From: Methylocystaceae bacterium
GTDB lineage: Bacteria > Pseudomonadota > Alphaproteobacteria > Rhodospirillales > Terasakiellaceae
Reading direction: 5' to 3'
DNA length: 64,000 nucleotides
Assembly (NCBI GenBank): GCA_013373205.1
Contig: JABXIG010000003.1
Coordinates: forward strand, 969,853 to 1,033,852
The notes under the pieces were generated by a model. The model was not told the DNA's origin. It saw only the letters and a list, made by a program, of their open reading frames with translations, and did not search any database. Of the stretch, positions 9,670 to 19,672 are shown one piece after another. Each line of letters opens with the position of its first letter. Position 1 is the stretch's first letter. Position numbers and translations under genes: made by a program.

Positions 9670-10701
9670 TTATTTATTCAAGGGTTGAACAAAAGCGTGA
9701 AACTGTGATGTTTTCTTCTCAATAAATTGATCCTGGCTCCGTATTAAGAAATACGCTGCAATGCCGTTATCCTCTGCCCATTTTAGGCCGTCTTCTTCCC
9801 CCATAACTAATAAGGTAGTTGCTAGGGCATCTGCCGTCATCGCATCTTTTCTCAGAACGGTAACGGAAGCAAGCTTGTGGCGGATTGGCCTTCCATCCAG
9901 TGGATCAATAATATGTGAAAAACGTACCCCATCCTTTTCAAAATAATTTCGGTAATCGCCTGATGTGGCCATACCTGTGGTTTCAACATCAATGATGCTA
10001 TGCAGGCTGCGGCTATCAGCAGTTGGTGTTTCAATCGCAATTTTCCAAGGCTGGCGATGCGCATTGCTGCCTTTTACCCGCAAGTCACCGCCAATTTCAA
10101 CCATATAATGCCCCACCCCTTTACTTTCAAGGTAGCGTGCAACCTGATCTATGCCAAAACCTTTGGCGATTGCCGAAAGATTGATGGTTAAGTCTGGTTC
10201 ATCTTTCTTAATTCGATAGGATTTTTGGTCCAGATGGATCTTTTTATAGCCGATTGCTTTTAAGGCTTTTTTGATTTCATCACTTTGTGGTGGTTCATGC
10301 TCTCTCTTTTCCTTGGAAAAGCCCCAAAGCTTGATTAAAGGTTCTAGAGTGACATCAAAGCGACCATTACTTTGCAAACTGATTTCATTTGCTGATGATA
10401 TGACGTTAAAGAGGTCATAAGAAACCTGCTGCCAGTCTGTTTCTTTTGACTGGTTAAACCTGACGAGCTCTGAATCTGCGACCCACAAAGACATTTTATC
10501 GTTTACGTCTTTTAGGACTTTATCAATCTCGGCCTTTATTTCTTGTGGTTTAAGGGCATCCGGTAAATCAATGACCTTGACCATGAAGGTGGTCCCCATG
10601 GTCGAGCCTGTAAAAACAGTTTCAGATTTGACATCAACCTGTTCTTCACAGGCAGTTATCATAAAAAGAAGCAAAGAAATTAATATCGGGCGCATGAACA
10701 A
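9670..10701 (-). CDS. apbE: FAD:protein FMN transferase (lipoprotein)
   Basis: Lipobox ITAC, TMGT, NLSAIAKGFGID, MATSGDYRNYF, SHIIDP, ADALAT motifs. Confidence 0.95.
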   Translation of the reverse strand: MFMRPILISLLLFMITACEEQVDVKSETVFTGSTMGTTFMVKVIDLPDALKPQEIKAEIDKVLKDVNDKMSLWVADSELVRFNQSKETDWQQVSYDLFNVISSANEISLQSNGRFDVTLEPLIKLWGFSKEKREHEPPQSDEIKKALKAIGYKKIHLDQKSYRIKKDEPDLTINLSAIAKGFGIDQVARYLESKGVGHYMVEIGGDLRVKGSNAHRQPWKIAIETPTADSRSLHSIIDVETTGMATSGDYRNYFEKDGVRFSHIIDPLDGRPIRHKLASVTVLRKDAMTADALATTLLVMGEEDGLKWAEDNGIAAYFLIRSQDQFIEKKTSQFHAFVQPLNK

Positions 10702-10742
10702 ATCTCAAAATAAGGATGCCTGATAGAATAGAGGCAAAAATG

Positions 10743-10769
10743 AAAAAAGCCACCCGAAGGTAGCTTTTT
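10743..10769 (-). terminator. Intrinsic terminator downstream of the tRNA-Val pair (possibly bidirectional)
   Basis: AAAAAAGCCACC-CGAA-GGTAGCTTTTT hairpin with A/T runs on both sides. Confidence 0.75.
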
Positions 10770-10774
10770 CAAGA

Positions 10775-10851
10775 TGGTGGGCGTCGAGAGATTCGAACTC
10801 CCGACCCCCTCGGTGTAAACGAGGTGCTCTAACCAACTGAGCTAGACGCCC
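10775..10851 (-). tRNA. tRNA-Val (TAC), downstream copy
   Basis: GGGCGTCTAGCTCAGTTGGTTAGAGCACCTCGTTTACACCGAGGGGGTCGGGAGTTCGAATCTCTCGACGCCCACCA; 77 nt, anticodon TAC. Confidence 0.97.
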
Positions 10852-10885
10852 ATCATTTTGTGTACTTCTTGCCATCTAAGTAAGA

Positions 10886-10962
10886 TGGTGGGCGTCGAGA
10901 GATTCGAACTCCCGACCCCCTCGGTGTAAACGAGGTGCTCTAACCAACTGAGCTAGACGCCC
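10886..10962 (-). tRNA. tRNA-Val (TAC), upstream copy, identical to 10775-10851
   Basis: Same 77-nt sequence, offset by 111 nt. Confidence 0.97.
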
Positions 10963-10977
10963 TCAAGAAGTGAGCCT

Positions 10978-11005
10978 GTTATAAGCTTAAATTTGTCAAA
11001 TGCAA
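10978..11005 (-). promoter_or_regulatory. Putative sigma70 promoter for the tRNA-Val pair
   Basis: Minus strand TTGCAT-N16-TATAAC, 15 nt upstream of the first tRNA. Confidence 0.45.
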
Positions 11006-11110
11006 TAGTTAATTTACATAAATTTGACAAAAAAAATATCAGCTTGAAAAAAGTAAAACCGGTTACCTTTCAGCAACCGGTTCCACAGGATTCCAGAACT
11101 AAAATTAAGC

Positions 11111-11383
11111 TTAGTTCACAGCGTCCTTCAAGCCTTTACCAGCTTTAAATTTCGGCTGTTTAGAAGCCGGAATTTGAATTTTTTCGCCGGTACGAGGGTT
11201 ACGGCCTTCAGAAGCTGCACGTTGTGCAACAGAGAAAGTACCGAAACCGACGAGGCGAACCTCGTCACCAGATTTAAGTGCGTCAGTGATTGCGCCGAAA
11301 ACGCCGTCAACTGCTTTAGATGCGTCTGCCTTTGAAAGACCAGTGCCAGAAGCAACTGCAGCCACAAGATCGTTCTTGTTCAC
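11111..11383 (-). CDS. hupB: DNA-binding protein HU (GTG start)
   Basis: MNKNDL start, VRLVGFGTF, GRNPRTGE, PKFKAGK; follows lon. Confidence 0.96.
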   Translation of the reverse strand: MNKNDLVAAVASGTGLSKADASKAVDGVFGAITDALKSGDEVRLVGFGTFSVAQRAASEGRNPRTGEKIQIPASKQPKFKAGKGLKDAVN

Positions 11384-11670
11384 CTGGGCCCCCTATAAAA
11401 GTTGGTTATTATTTAAAAAGCGAAGACGATTGATTGTTTCCAACCAACTGTCGAAGAAGGGCAAAGTTTAATAAGGCTTTCAGGGCGCGTCAATCCAAGA
11501 TGCGCAGAATCTCTCAGTTTTTTGTAGTTTTTTCGTCTTTCACCTCACGGTTGTTACCGTGTGGTCACAAATCAGTCAAAAAAGAACGTAAAACGCGAAT
11601 AAATAGCTAAAACGAAAAAACGCCACTTTAGAGAAAGCAGCGTTTTTCCAAGAGAATCTGTGCATTAAGA

Positions 11671-14082
11671 CTAATGTGTCACAACACCATTCGAATCTTC
11701 ATCCTGTGCTTTTGCAGCCAGTGCAGCTTGCTCTTCCTTTTTTTCATCCCATTCGATAGGAACGAGCGGTGCGGCCAAAGCTTTTTCCAAAACTTCGTCC
11801 ACCCACTGGACAGGCACAATCTCAAGACCACGTTTGACATTATCAGGAATCTCTTTGAGATCCTTTTCGTTGTCTTTTGGAATCAGAACCAGTTTGATCC
11901 CGGCACGGTGCGCAGCCAACAGTTTTTCTTTCAAACCGCCAATGGGCAGAACACGGCCACGAAGTGTGATTTCACCCGTCATGGCCACATCTTTGCGAAC
12001 CGGAACTCCGGTCAGAGCAGAAACGATGGATGTTGCCATCCCTACCCCGGCACTTGGACCGTCTTTTGGTGTTGCACCTTCCGGAACGTGCACGTGCAGA
12101 TCCTTTTTCTGGAAGGTTGGTGGTTCAATCCCGAAATTGACAGAACGTGATTGAATGTAAGTCTTGGCTGCCTGAATCGATTCCTGCATGACGTCACCGA
12201 GTTTCCCGGTATATTTGATGCCACCTTTTCCAGCCAATGCAATGGCTTCAATCGACAGAATTTCACCGCCGACTTCCGTCCAGGCAAGGCCTGTGGTGAT
12301 CCCGACCAGATCATCTTCTTCTACTTCACCGTAACGGAATTTCTTCACACCAGCATATTTTTCAAGATTGCGGGTTGTTACTGTGACTTTATCGCATTTG
12401 TTCAAAAGAATGTCGCGTGTTGCTTTGCGACAAAGCATTGCGATTTCACGTTCAAGATTACGCACACCGGCTTCGCGTGTGTAGTAACGAATAAGATCTC
12501 GAATAGCTGTGTCAGAAATTGTCCATTCAGCATCTTTCAAGCCAGCTGCCTTTTTCTGCTTGGAGATCAGGTGACGATTGGCGATTTCAACTTTTTCATC
12601 TTCGGTGTAACCTGAAAGACGCAGGATTTCCATACGATCGAGAAGTGGTTGCGGCATGTTGAGCGAGTTTGCCGTTGTTACAAACATCACGTCAGACAGG
12701 TCGTAGTCCACTTCCATATAGTGATCCTGAAACTTGTCATTTTGTTCTGGGTCTAATACTTCCAGCAAAGCCGAAGCTGGATCACCACGGAAATCGTTGC
12801 CCATTTTTTCAATCTCATCGAGAAGGAAAAGCGGGTTGGAGGCTTTCGCCTTTTTCATACCTTGGATGATTTTACCCGGCATAGAGCCAATATAGGTCCG
12901 ACGGTGACCACGAATTTCAGATTCATCACGCACACCACCCAAGGCCATACGTACGTATTTACGACCTGTTGCGCGGGCAATTGATTTACCCAAAGATGTT
13001 TTACCTACACCGGGAGGGCCAACCAAACACAGGATCGGACCTTTCATTTTTTTGGTACGCTGTTGAACAGCCAAATATTCCAAAATACGTTCTTTGACTT
13101 TTTCCAGACCATAGTGATCTTCATTCAGAATATCTTCTGCACGTTGTAAGTCTTTTTTGACTTTAGAGCGTTTTTTCCATGGAACGGACAGCATCCAGTC
13201 AAGGTAATTGCGCACAACGGTGGCCTCAGCGGACATCGGGCTCATGGATTTAAGCTTTTTCAATTCGCCTTGTGCTTTTTCGCGTGCTTCTTTGGAAAGT
13301 TTGGTTTTCTTGATCTTTTCTTCAAGCTCGGAATTTTCATCTTTCCCGTCTTCGCCCTCGCCTAGTTCATTCTGAATGGCTTTAAGCTGTTCGTTCAGAT
13401 AATATTCACGTTGAGACTTTTCCATCTGGCGCTTTACGCGATTGCGGATTTTCTTTTCAACTTGAAGCACGCCAATTTCTGTTTCCATGAACGAGAAAAC
13501 ACGTTCCAGACGATCCGTGATCGCGGGCATTTCCAACAATTCCTGCTTTTCAGAAATTTTAAGTGCCAAGTGAGAGGCAACCGTATCAGCCAGCTTTCCG
13601 GAATCTTCAATCTGATTGATGGAGACCATTACTTCCGGCGGAACCTTTTTATTCAGATTCACATACTGTTCAAACTGTGTAACGACGGAACGACCAAGGG
13701 CTTCAATCTCTTCATCAGTCCCTTCATCTTCTGGAATCTCTGTAACTTGAGCCTGGAAGAATTCGTCTGTCTGGGTATAGGAATCAATGCGCGCACGGCG
13801 ACCACCTTCGACCAGAACTTTTACCGTCCCGTCAGGTAGTTTCAGCAGTTGCAGTACGGTCGAGACTGTACCGACATCATAGATATCTTCTGCTTTTGGA
13901 TCGTCATCAGTTGCATTTTTCTGAGCAACCAGCAGAATTTGCTTATCTTCCTTCATGACATCTTCTAAAGCACGCACGGATTTTTCACGCCCGACGAAAA
14001 GCGGCACGATCATGTGCGGGAAGACTACGATATCACGAAGTGGCAGGACGGGATAAATACCGTCAGAATCATTTTCGAACAT
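11671..14082 (-). CDS. lon: ATP-dependent protease La
   Basis: [11 protein letters not shown]-domain, Walker A GPPGVGKT, catalytic KDGPSAG and IGGLKEK. Confidence 0.98.
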   Translation of the reverse strand: MFENDSDGIYPVLPLRDIVVFPHMIVPLFVGREKSVRALEDVMKEDKQILLVAQKNATDDDPKAEDIYDVGTVSTVLQLLKLPDGTVKVLVEGGRRARIDSYTQTDEFFQAQVTEIPEDEGTDEEIEALGRSVVTQFEQYVNLNKKVPPEVMVSINQIEDSGKLADTVASHLALKISEKQELLEMPAITDRLERVFSFMETEIGVLQVEKKIRNRVKRQMEKSQREYYLNEQLKAIQNELGEGEDGKDENSELEEKIKKTKLSKEAREKAQGELKKLKSMSPMSAEATVVRNYLDWMLSVPWKKRSKVKKDLQRAEDILNEDHYGLEKVKERILEYLAVQQRTKKMKGPILCLVGPPGVGKTSLGKSIARATGRKYVRMALGGVRDESEIRGHRRTYIGSMPGKIIQGMKKAKASNPLFLLDEIEKMGNDFRGDPASALLEVLDPEQNDKFQDHYMEVDYDLSDVMFVTTANSLNMPQPLLDRMEILRLSGYTEDEKVEIANRHLISKQKKAAGLKDAEWTISDTAIRDLIRYYTREAGVRNLEREIAMLCRKATRDILLNKCDKVTVTTRNLEKYAGVKKFRYGEVEEDDLVGITTGLAWTEVGGEILSIEAIALAGKGGIKYTGKLGDVMQESIQAAKTYIQSRSVNFGIEPPTFQKKDLHVHVPEGATPKDGPSAGVGMATSIVSALTGVPVRKDVAMTGEITLRGRVLPIGGLKEKLLAAHRAGIKLVLIPKDNEKDLKEIPDNVKRGLEIVPVQWVDEVLEKALAAPLVPIEWDEKKEEQAALAAKAQDEDSNGVVTH

Positions 14083-14170
14083 AAGACCCTTTTTTATTAA
14101 ACTGTCTGTTCTATTGTGTGGCCCCGCTCAATCGGCAGCCACTTGCTAGGTCTATCTTAGACTAGAAAGA

Positions 14171-14198
14171 ATTTAGCTCCCAAGAAGAAAACTTCAAG
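14171..14198 (-). promoter_or_regulatory. Putative RpoH (sigma32) promoter of lon, embedded in an inverted repeat
   Basis: Minus strand CTTGAA-N15-GCTAAAT resembles the alphaproteobacterial RpoH consensus (CTTGAA...CCTATAT); overlaps the TTTAGCTCCC...GGGAGCTAAA stem. Confidence 0.4.
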
Positions 14199-14237
14199 GG
14201 AGCTAAAAAAATTGTGTTTTGGGCTGTAAAAAGGGCT

Positions 14238-15503
14238 TTATGCGCTTTCATCAGCCTCTTCAGCCTTGTCGGCATAGATCAAAAGCGGTTTTGCATCACC
14301 CAAAACAGCTTCGGAATTAACCACAACCTCTTCTACATTCTCCAAACTGGGCAGTTCAAACATGGTATCCAGTAGGATTCCTTCCATAATGGAACGAAGG
14401 CCACGGGCGCCTGTTTTACGTTCAATCGCCTTATCTGCGATTGATTCAAGCGCACCATCCGTAAAGTTCAAATCTGCGTCTTCCATTTCAAAGAGACGCT
14501 GATATTGCTTCACAAGTGCGTTTTTCGGTTCTGTCAGGATACGAACCAAGGCTTCGTTATCCAAATCTTCCAGAGTCGCAAGTACTGGCAGACGCCCCAC
14601 AAATTCAGGGATCAAACCGAATTTCAAAAGGTCTTCTGGTTCCATACCATGTAGGATATCACCGACACCGCGATCATCTTCGCTGCGCACATCTGCACCA
14701 AAACCAATCGACGTGTCACGGCCACGTGCTGAGATAATTCGATCAATACCCGCAAAAGCACCGCCACAAATAAACAGGATATTTGTTGTATCAACCTGCA
14801 AAAATTCCTGTTGTGGGTGTTTACGACCACCTTGGGGAGGAACAGAAGCTACTGTGCCTTCCATAATCTTCAACAATGCCTGTTGTACACCCTCGCCTGA
14901 AACATCACGGGTGATGGAGGGATTATCACTTTTGCGCGAGATTTTATCAACCTCGTCAATGTAAACGATACCACGTTGTGCACGTTCCACATTGTAATCA
15001 GCCGCTTGTAACAGTTTCAGGATGATGTTTTCGACATCTTCCCCCACATAACCAGCTTCGGTCAGTGTGGTTGCATCTGCCATGGTAAAGGGGACGTCCA
15101 GAATGCGTGCGAGCGTCTGGGCAAGTAATGTCTTACCGCAACCTGTCGGACCAACTAAAAGAATATTGGATTTTGCCAGTTCAACCTCGCCTGTTTTGCC
15201 CATATGGTTCAAGCGTTTATAATGGTTGTGAACGGCAACGGACAGGACGCGTTTTGCGAAAGCCTGACCGATTACATAATCATTGAGGACGTCAAAAATC
15301 TCTTGCGGGGAAGGTACACCTTCTTCTGATTTGGACAGGCTCGATTTATTTTCTTCACGGATAATATCCATGCATAATTCGACACATTCGTCGCAAATGA
15401 AGACGGTAGGCCCGGCGATCAATTTGCGGACTTCATGTTGGCTTTTGCCACAGAAGGAGCAATAGAGTGTGTTTTTTGAGTCGTCACCGGAAGACTTAGT
15501 CAT
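14238..15503 (-). CDS. clpX: ATP-dependent Clp protease ATP-binding subunit
   Basis: Zn-finger CSFCGK...CDEC, Walker [26 protein letters not shown]. Confidence 0.98.
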   Translation of the reverse strand: MTKSSGDDSKNTLYCSFCGKSQHEVRKLIAGPTVFICDECVELCMDIIREENKSSLSKSEEGVPSPQEIFDVLNDYVIGQAFAKRVLSVAVHNHYKRLNHMGKTGEVELAKSNILLVGPTGCGKTLLAQTLARILDVPFTMADATTLTEAGYVGEDVENIILKLLQAADYNVERAQRGIVYIDEVDKISRKSDNPSITRDVSGEGVQQALLKIMEGTVASVPPQGGRKHPQQEFLQVDTTNILFICGGAFAGIDRIISARGRDTSIGFGADVRSEDDRGVGDILHGMEPEDLLKFGLIPEFVGRLPVLATLEDLDNEALVRILTEPKNALVKQYQRLFEMEDADLNFTDGALESIADKAIERKTGARGLRSIMEGILLDTMFELPSLENVEEVVVNSEAVLGDAKPLLIYADKAEEADESA

Positions 15504-15649
15504 GGTTTCTCCGTTTTTATTTGACGCAAATCTTGCGTCTGAATTTGTTCCTCTACCTGTAGATTAGCCCGACTTTGGGGGGCACCACAATGCCTAAAAT
15601 GAGAAATACGGCTGTTTTATTACGTAGAAGGTCGTTTTTTGGATAAGTT

Positions 15650-15684
15650 AAAAGATCAAAACGCCCGCTATGTGAGCGGGCGTT
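15650..15684 (-). terminator. Intrinsic terminator or attenuating hairpin after clpP
   Basis: AACGCCCGCT-ATGTG-AGCGGGCGTT perfect 10-bp stem followed by TTGATCTTTT on the minus strand. Confidence 0.65.
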
Positions 15685-15691
15685 AAGGGGG

Positions 15692-16330
15692 TTATTTATC
15701 TGATTTACCGTCATCTTCTGACTTCGGTCTGGAGTCGACCACTTCATCAATCAGACCAAATTCTTTGGCTTCTGTTGGTTGCATGAAACGATCACGTTCC
15801 AGTGCAGCTTCGATGTCATCAAATTTCTGACCTGTATGATGAACATAAATTTCGTTCAATCGTTTTTTCAATGTCAGGATTTCTTGTGCCTGAATTTGGA
15901 TATCTGTTGCCTGCCCCTGAGCACCGCCAGAAGGTTGGTGAACCATGATACGTGAATTTGGCAGTGCATAGCGTTTACCCGCTGCGCCTGCAGCCAATAA
16001 CAAAGATCCCATAGAACAAGCTTGTCCTAAACACACGGTTGATACATCCGGGCGGATATATTGCATAGTGTCATAGATGGATAGTCCTGAAGTTACAACA
16101 CCACCCGGTGAATTGATGTACATGGCAATGTCTTTATCTGGGTTTTCCGATTCCAGAAAAAGCAGCTGGGCACAAATGAGACTGGCCATATGGTCTTCCA
16201 CTTGCCCTGTAATAAAGATGATTCGTTCTTTTAACAGGCGAGAATAGATGTCATAGGCGCGTTCGCCCCGGTTTGTTGTTTCAACAACCATGGGGACGAG
16301 GTTGCTCATTACGCTATACGGATCAGTCAT
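15692..16330 (-). CDS. clpP: ATP-dependent Clp protease proteolytic subunit
   Basis: [20 protein letters not shown], catalytic CSMGS, MVHQP, ERD. Confidence 0.98.
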   Translation of the reverse strand: MTDPYSVMSNLVPMVVETTNRGERAYDIYSRLLKERIIFITGQVEDHMASLICAQLLFLESENPDKDIAMYINSPGGVVTSGLSIYDTMQYIRPDVSTVCLGQACSMGSLLLAAGAAGKRYALPNSRIMVHQPSGGAQGQATDIQIQAQEILTLKKRLNEIYVHHTGQKFDDIEAALERDRFMQPTEAKEFGLIDEVVDSRPKSEDDGKSDK

Positions 16331-16375
16331 TATGAATTCGTTCCTTAAAATTTGGTGTGCATGATCAGCTGCATT

Positions 16376-16411
16376 AAAAAACCCACCCTACAGGTGAGTA
16401 AGGTGGGTTTT
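16376..16411 (-). terminator. Intrinsic terminator after tig
   Basis: AAAAAACCCACCCTAC...GTAAGGTGGGTTTT stem-loop flanked by A/T runs. Confidence 0.65.
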
Positions 16412-16469
16412 AAATTACGAAGCCTTTTCCAATCCCGCAAGAGGGAACATGGAAAAAGTGTCAAAAAGC

Positions 16470-17903
16470 TTATTCTTCGTCAGCTTTTTCTTCTTTTTTC
16501 TTCGCCGGTGCCTTTTTCTTGGCTGGTGCTTTTTTCTTTGCAGCAGCTTTTTTCTTTGGCTTTTCTTCTTCTTCGGTATTCAGGGCACCCAAGAGTTCAT
16601 CTGCTGTTACTTCTTTATCTGTCACGTTTGCAAGTTCCAGAATGAAGTCGACAACTTTTTCTTCAAACAATGGCGCGCGAAGCTGTTCGATTGCTTGGGG
16701 ATTGTTTTTGAAATATTCGAAGACCATTTGTTCTTGGCCTGGATAGCGACGCGCTTCGTTCATCACTGCACCGTTCAGGTCGTCTTGTGACAGTTCGATT
16801 TCGTTCACACGGCCAACTTCTGCCAGTACCAGACCAAGACGGACACGACGTTCAGCGATTTCAGCATATTCTGCTTTCAATTCGTCATCAGACTTGTCTT
16901 TGTCGTCTTCGTCGATTTGTTCCGGGTTGTTTTTACGTGTTTCTTCAAACTGTGCCCAGATTTGGTCAACTTCGCTTGTGACCAAGCTTTCTGGCAGATC
17001 GAAAGAGTGACCTTCATCCAACGCGTCCAGCAAGTGCTTTTTGACGTATTGGCGTGTCATTTGTTCAAATTCTTTAGAACGTTCTTCACGAATCGCATCT
17101 TTCAGCGCATCCAATGAATCCATGCCAACTTTTTTAGCTAGATCGTCATTGATCTCTGCTGGAACAACTGTGCGAATTTCGTTCACTTTACATTTGAAGA
17201 CAGCGTCTTTACCGGCAAGGTTTTCAGCGCCATATTCGTCAGGGAATTTGACTTCAACGTCTTTTTCTTCATCGACTTTCATGCCGATCAGTTGATCTTC
17301 GAAGCCTGGGATGAATGTGTTGGAACCGATTTCAAGGCTGTAGTTTTCGCCCTTACCACCGTCAAATTCTTCGCCATCAACGCTACCAACAAAATCAATA
17401 ACCGCGATGTTACCTTTGGCAACTTTTTTAGCTTTGGATTTAGCTGGTTCTGAATCTTTGTTAGCATCTGCAATACGTTGCAGTGTTTCGTCAATTTCTT
17501 CGTCTTTAACTGGAACGACCAGACGGTCAAGGCTGATTTTTTTGAAATCCATCATGTCGAATTCTGGGAAGAGTTCAACAGTCATGGAATATTCAAGATC
17601 TTCACCGTCTTCGAATTTGGTGATTTCGATCTTCGGCTGTGCAACCGGACGCAGTTCATTGTCCGCAATTGTTTTAGAAGAAGTTTCGTTTACAGTACCT
17701 TCCAAAACTTCACCCATAATGGACTGGCCATATTTCTGGCGCAGGATTTTCGCGGGTACTTTACCGGGGCGGAAACCTGGGATTTTGATGGTTTTGGAAA
17801 TCTCGGTGAGGCGAGTTGTTACTTTTTCTTCGATGTCTGCGGCGGCAACAACAACATTATATTCACGTGTCAGGCCTTCGGCCTTGGTTTCAGTAACCTG
17901 CAT
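16470..17903 (-). CDS. tig: Trigger factor
   Basis: GFRPGKVP ribosome-binding motif, FKBP domain (FIPGFEDQLIG), Lys/Ala/Pro-rich C-terminal tail. Confidence 0.98.
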   Translation of the reverse strand: MQVTETKAEGLTREYNVVVAAADIEEKVTTRLTEISKTIKIPGFRPGKVPAKILRQKYGQSIMGEVLEGTVNETSSKTIADNELRPVAQPKIEITKFEDGEDLEYSMTVELFPEFDMMDFKKISLDRLVVPVKDEEIDETLQRIADANKDSEPAKSKAKKVAKGNIAVIDFVGSVDGEEFDGGKGENYSLEIGSNTFIPGFEDQLIGMKVDEEKDVEVKFPDEYGAENLAGKDAVFKCKVNEIRTVVPAEINDDLAKKVGMDSLDALKDAIREERSKEFEQMTRQYVKKHLLDALDEGHSFDLPESLVTSEVDQIWAQFEETRKNNPEQIDEDDKDKSDDELKAEYAEIAERRVRLGLVLAEVGRVNEIELSQDDLNGAVMNEARRYPGQEQMVFEYFKNNPQAIEQLRAPLFEEKVVDFILELANVTDKEVTADELLGALNTEEEEKPKKKAAAKKKAPAKKKAPAKKKEEKADEE

Positions 17904-17976
17904 GTCTGAAAATCTCTATGTAGATGAGTTATACGAATTCGTCTTATGGATTCTGATCGGCAGCTTGTCAGTTTTT

Positions 17977-18061
<85 letters not shown>

Positions 18062-18156
18062 AGGTACCAAAAAACTGTATCGATAGCGCCAAACGCCCGA
18101 TCCAATTGGCGGCACACTCTATACATTCCCAAAGGGAAGTCAACACCGAAGTCGTC

Positions 18157-19599
18157 TTATTTTTGCAAAGAATTGAGAACTTTGGGCAAAATGACCGGAA
18201 TATCTTCGGCAATTAGCCCTGCCCCATGGTGTTCAGCACATTTTCCATGCAACCATGCCGCCAGTGATCCGGCATCGAAAGCGTCCAGCCCCTGACACAT
18301 TAAACCAAGGCAAATTCCAGCCAGACAATCCCCGCTTCCAGCTGTTGCAAGCCAAGGGGTTCCGCTTGTATTTATGCGTGCGCGACCATCTGGGTGGGCA
18401 ATCACCGTATCGGGTCCTTTTAACAAGATAGTGTAGCCCGTTTGCTGTGCTGCCCTGCTTGCTTTTTCAAGTTTGCTCCCTGTCAGTTGTGGAAACAGAC
18501 GGGAAAACTCCCCTTCATGCGGGGTGAGCAAGGTCTCGCCATTTCTTTGCGGTAGTTTGTCTAAAGACGTCATCATTGTCAGGGCATCAGCATCTAACAC
18601 CAGTGATTTATCAGAGTGTAAAAGTGTTTTTATTTTTCCAGTGCGCCTTTTACTAATACCAAGACCAGGGCCAGCAAGGACAGCATTTTTCCTTGGATCA
18701 GACAAAAGGATGTCGAAATCTTCGTCACTGACAATATTGCCTGCATCAGCCTGTCGGTAAATCATATAGGCGGTGCCCTTGGCAGCAATGGTAATAAGTC
18801 CAGCCCCTACCCTGCGCGCAGATAAGGCTGCAAGACGACTTGCCCCTGTCATGCGTTGTCCGCCTAAAATGAGACCGTGTCCACGCTTATATTTATGGAT
18901 GTCATTTTCAGGCCATGGAAAAAGCTGTGCAGGGTTGTTTCGTTCGACAAGACAGTTTAAGTCGGCAACTGTTTTGTCACTGATTCCGATATCACTGATA
19001 ATTAAGTCCCCGCAATAATCTTTACCGGGGAAGAGATAGTGACCATATTTTGCCCGCGCAAATGTTACTGTCAGATCAGCTTTCAAACTTGTTCCGCGAA
19101 TTTGTCCTGTCTGTCCATCAACTCCGCTTGGTGTGTCAACGCCCACAATAGGCACGTTCATTCTGCAGGCTGCTGTTAGGGTGTCTGCGACAAGTCCATC
19201 TACATCTCTTGCGAGTCCGGCCCCAAAGACAGCATCAACAATCAATTCTGCCCGTTCTAAATTTTCTGGTGATAAATGAAAAGTCTCAAAGGGCCACCGA
19301 TCCGCATTTTCTTTGGCATCCCCTTTCAGGTTATCCCGCTCACCTAACAGTAAAATATCAACAGACCAGCCTTTTTGATGAAGCAAGCGGGCAACGACAA
19401 ATCCATCCCCGCCGTTATTTCCGGGGCCACAGAGAATAACAGTTTTGCGAGGTGACCATCGTTTCTGAATTTCACGAGCGATGGAGCTCCCCGCAGCTTC
19501 CATCAGCTGAAGACCGGATACACCGCTTTCAATGGTTCTTTTGTCGGCTTCATACATTTGTTTTACCGATAAAAGACAGTTTTTTGATGAAATCCCCAT
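18157..19599 (-). CDS. nnr: Bifunctional NAD(P)H-hydrate epimerase/dehydratase (YjeF family); start taken at MGISSK
   Basis: LCGPGNNGGDG, IVDAVFGAGL, HKYKRGH, LTPHEGEF, LATAGSGD; AAGGA RBS before ATG 19599. Confidence 0.93.
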   Translation of the reverse strand: MGISSKNCLLSVKQMYEADKRTIESGVSGLQLMEAAGSSIAREIQKRWSPRKTVILCGPGNNGGDGFVVARLLHQKGWSVDILLLGERDNLKGDAKENADRWPFETFHLSPENLERAELIVDAVFGAGLARDVDGLVADTLTAACRMNVPIVGVDTPSGVDGQTGQIRGTSLKADLTVTFARAKYGHYLFPGKDYCGDLIISDIGISDKTVADLNCLVERNNPAQLFPWPENDIHKYKRGHGLILGGQRMTGASRLAALSARRVGAGLITIAAKGTAYMIYRQADAGNIVSDEDFDILLSDPRKNAVLAGPGLGISKRRTGKIKTLLHSDKSLVLDADALTMMTSLDKLPQRNGETLLTPHEGEFSRLFPQLTGSKLEKASRAAQQTGYTILLKGPDTVIAHPDGRARINTSGTPWLATAGSGDCLAGICLGLMCQGLDAFDAGSLAAWLHGKCAEHHGAGLIAEDIPVILPKVLNSLQK

Positions 19600-19672
19600 G
19601 GCTATCCTTGCCTTTGACTGCAACAGCTTTTAAATACCACAGTCATTATAGCAATAAAATGAATGGATTGTC

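Noticed and set aside
670-10962. Active integrative element at the tRNA-Val or tRNA-Asp genes
   Set aside because: No integrase or transposase, and I found no duplicated tRNA 3' fragment at the far end of the nqr block.
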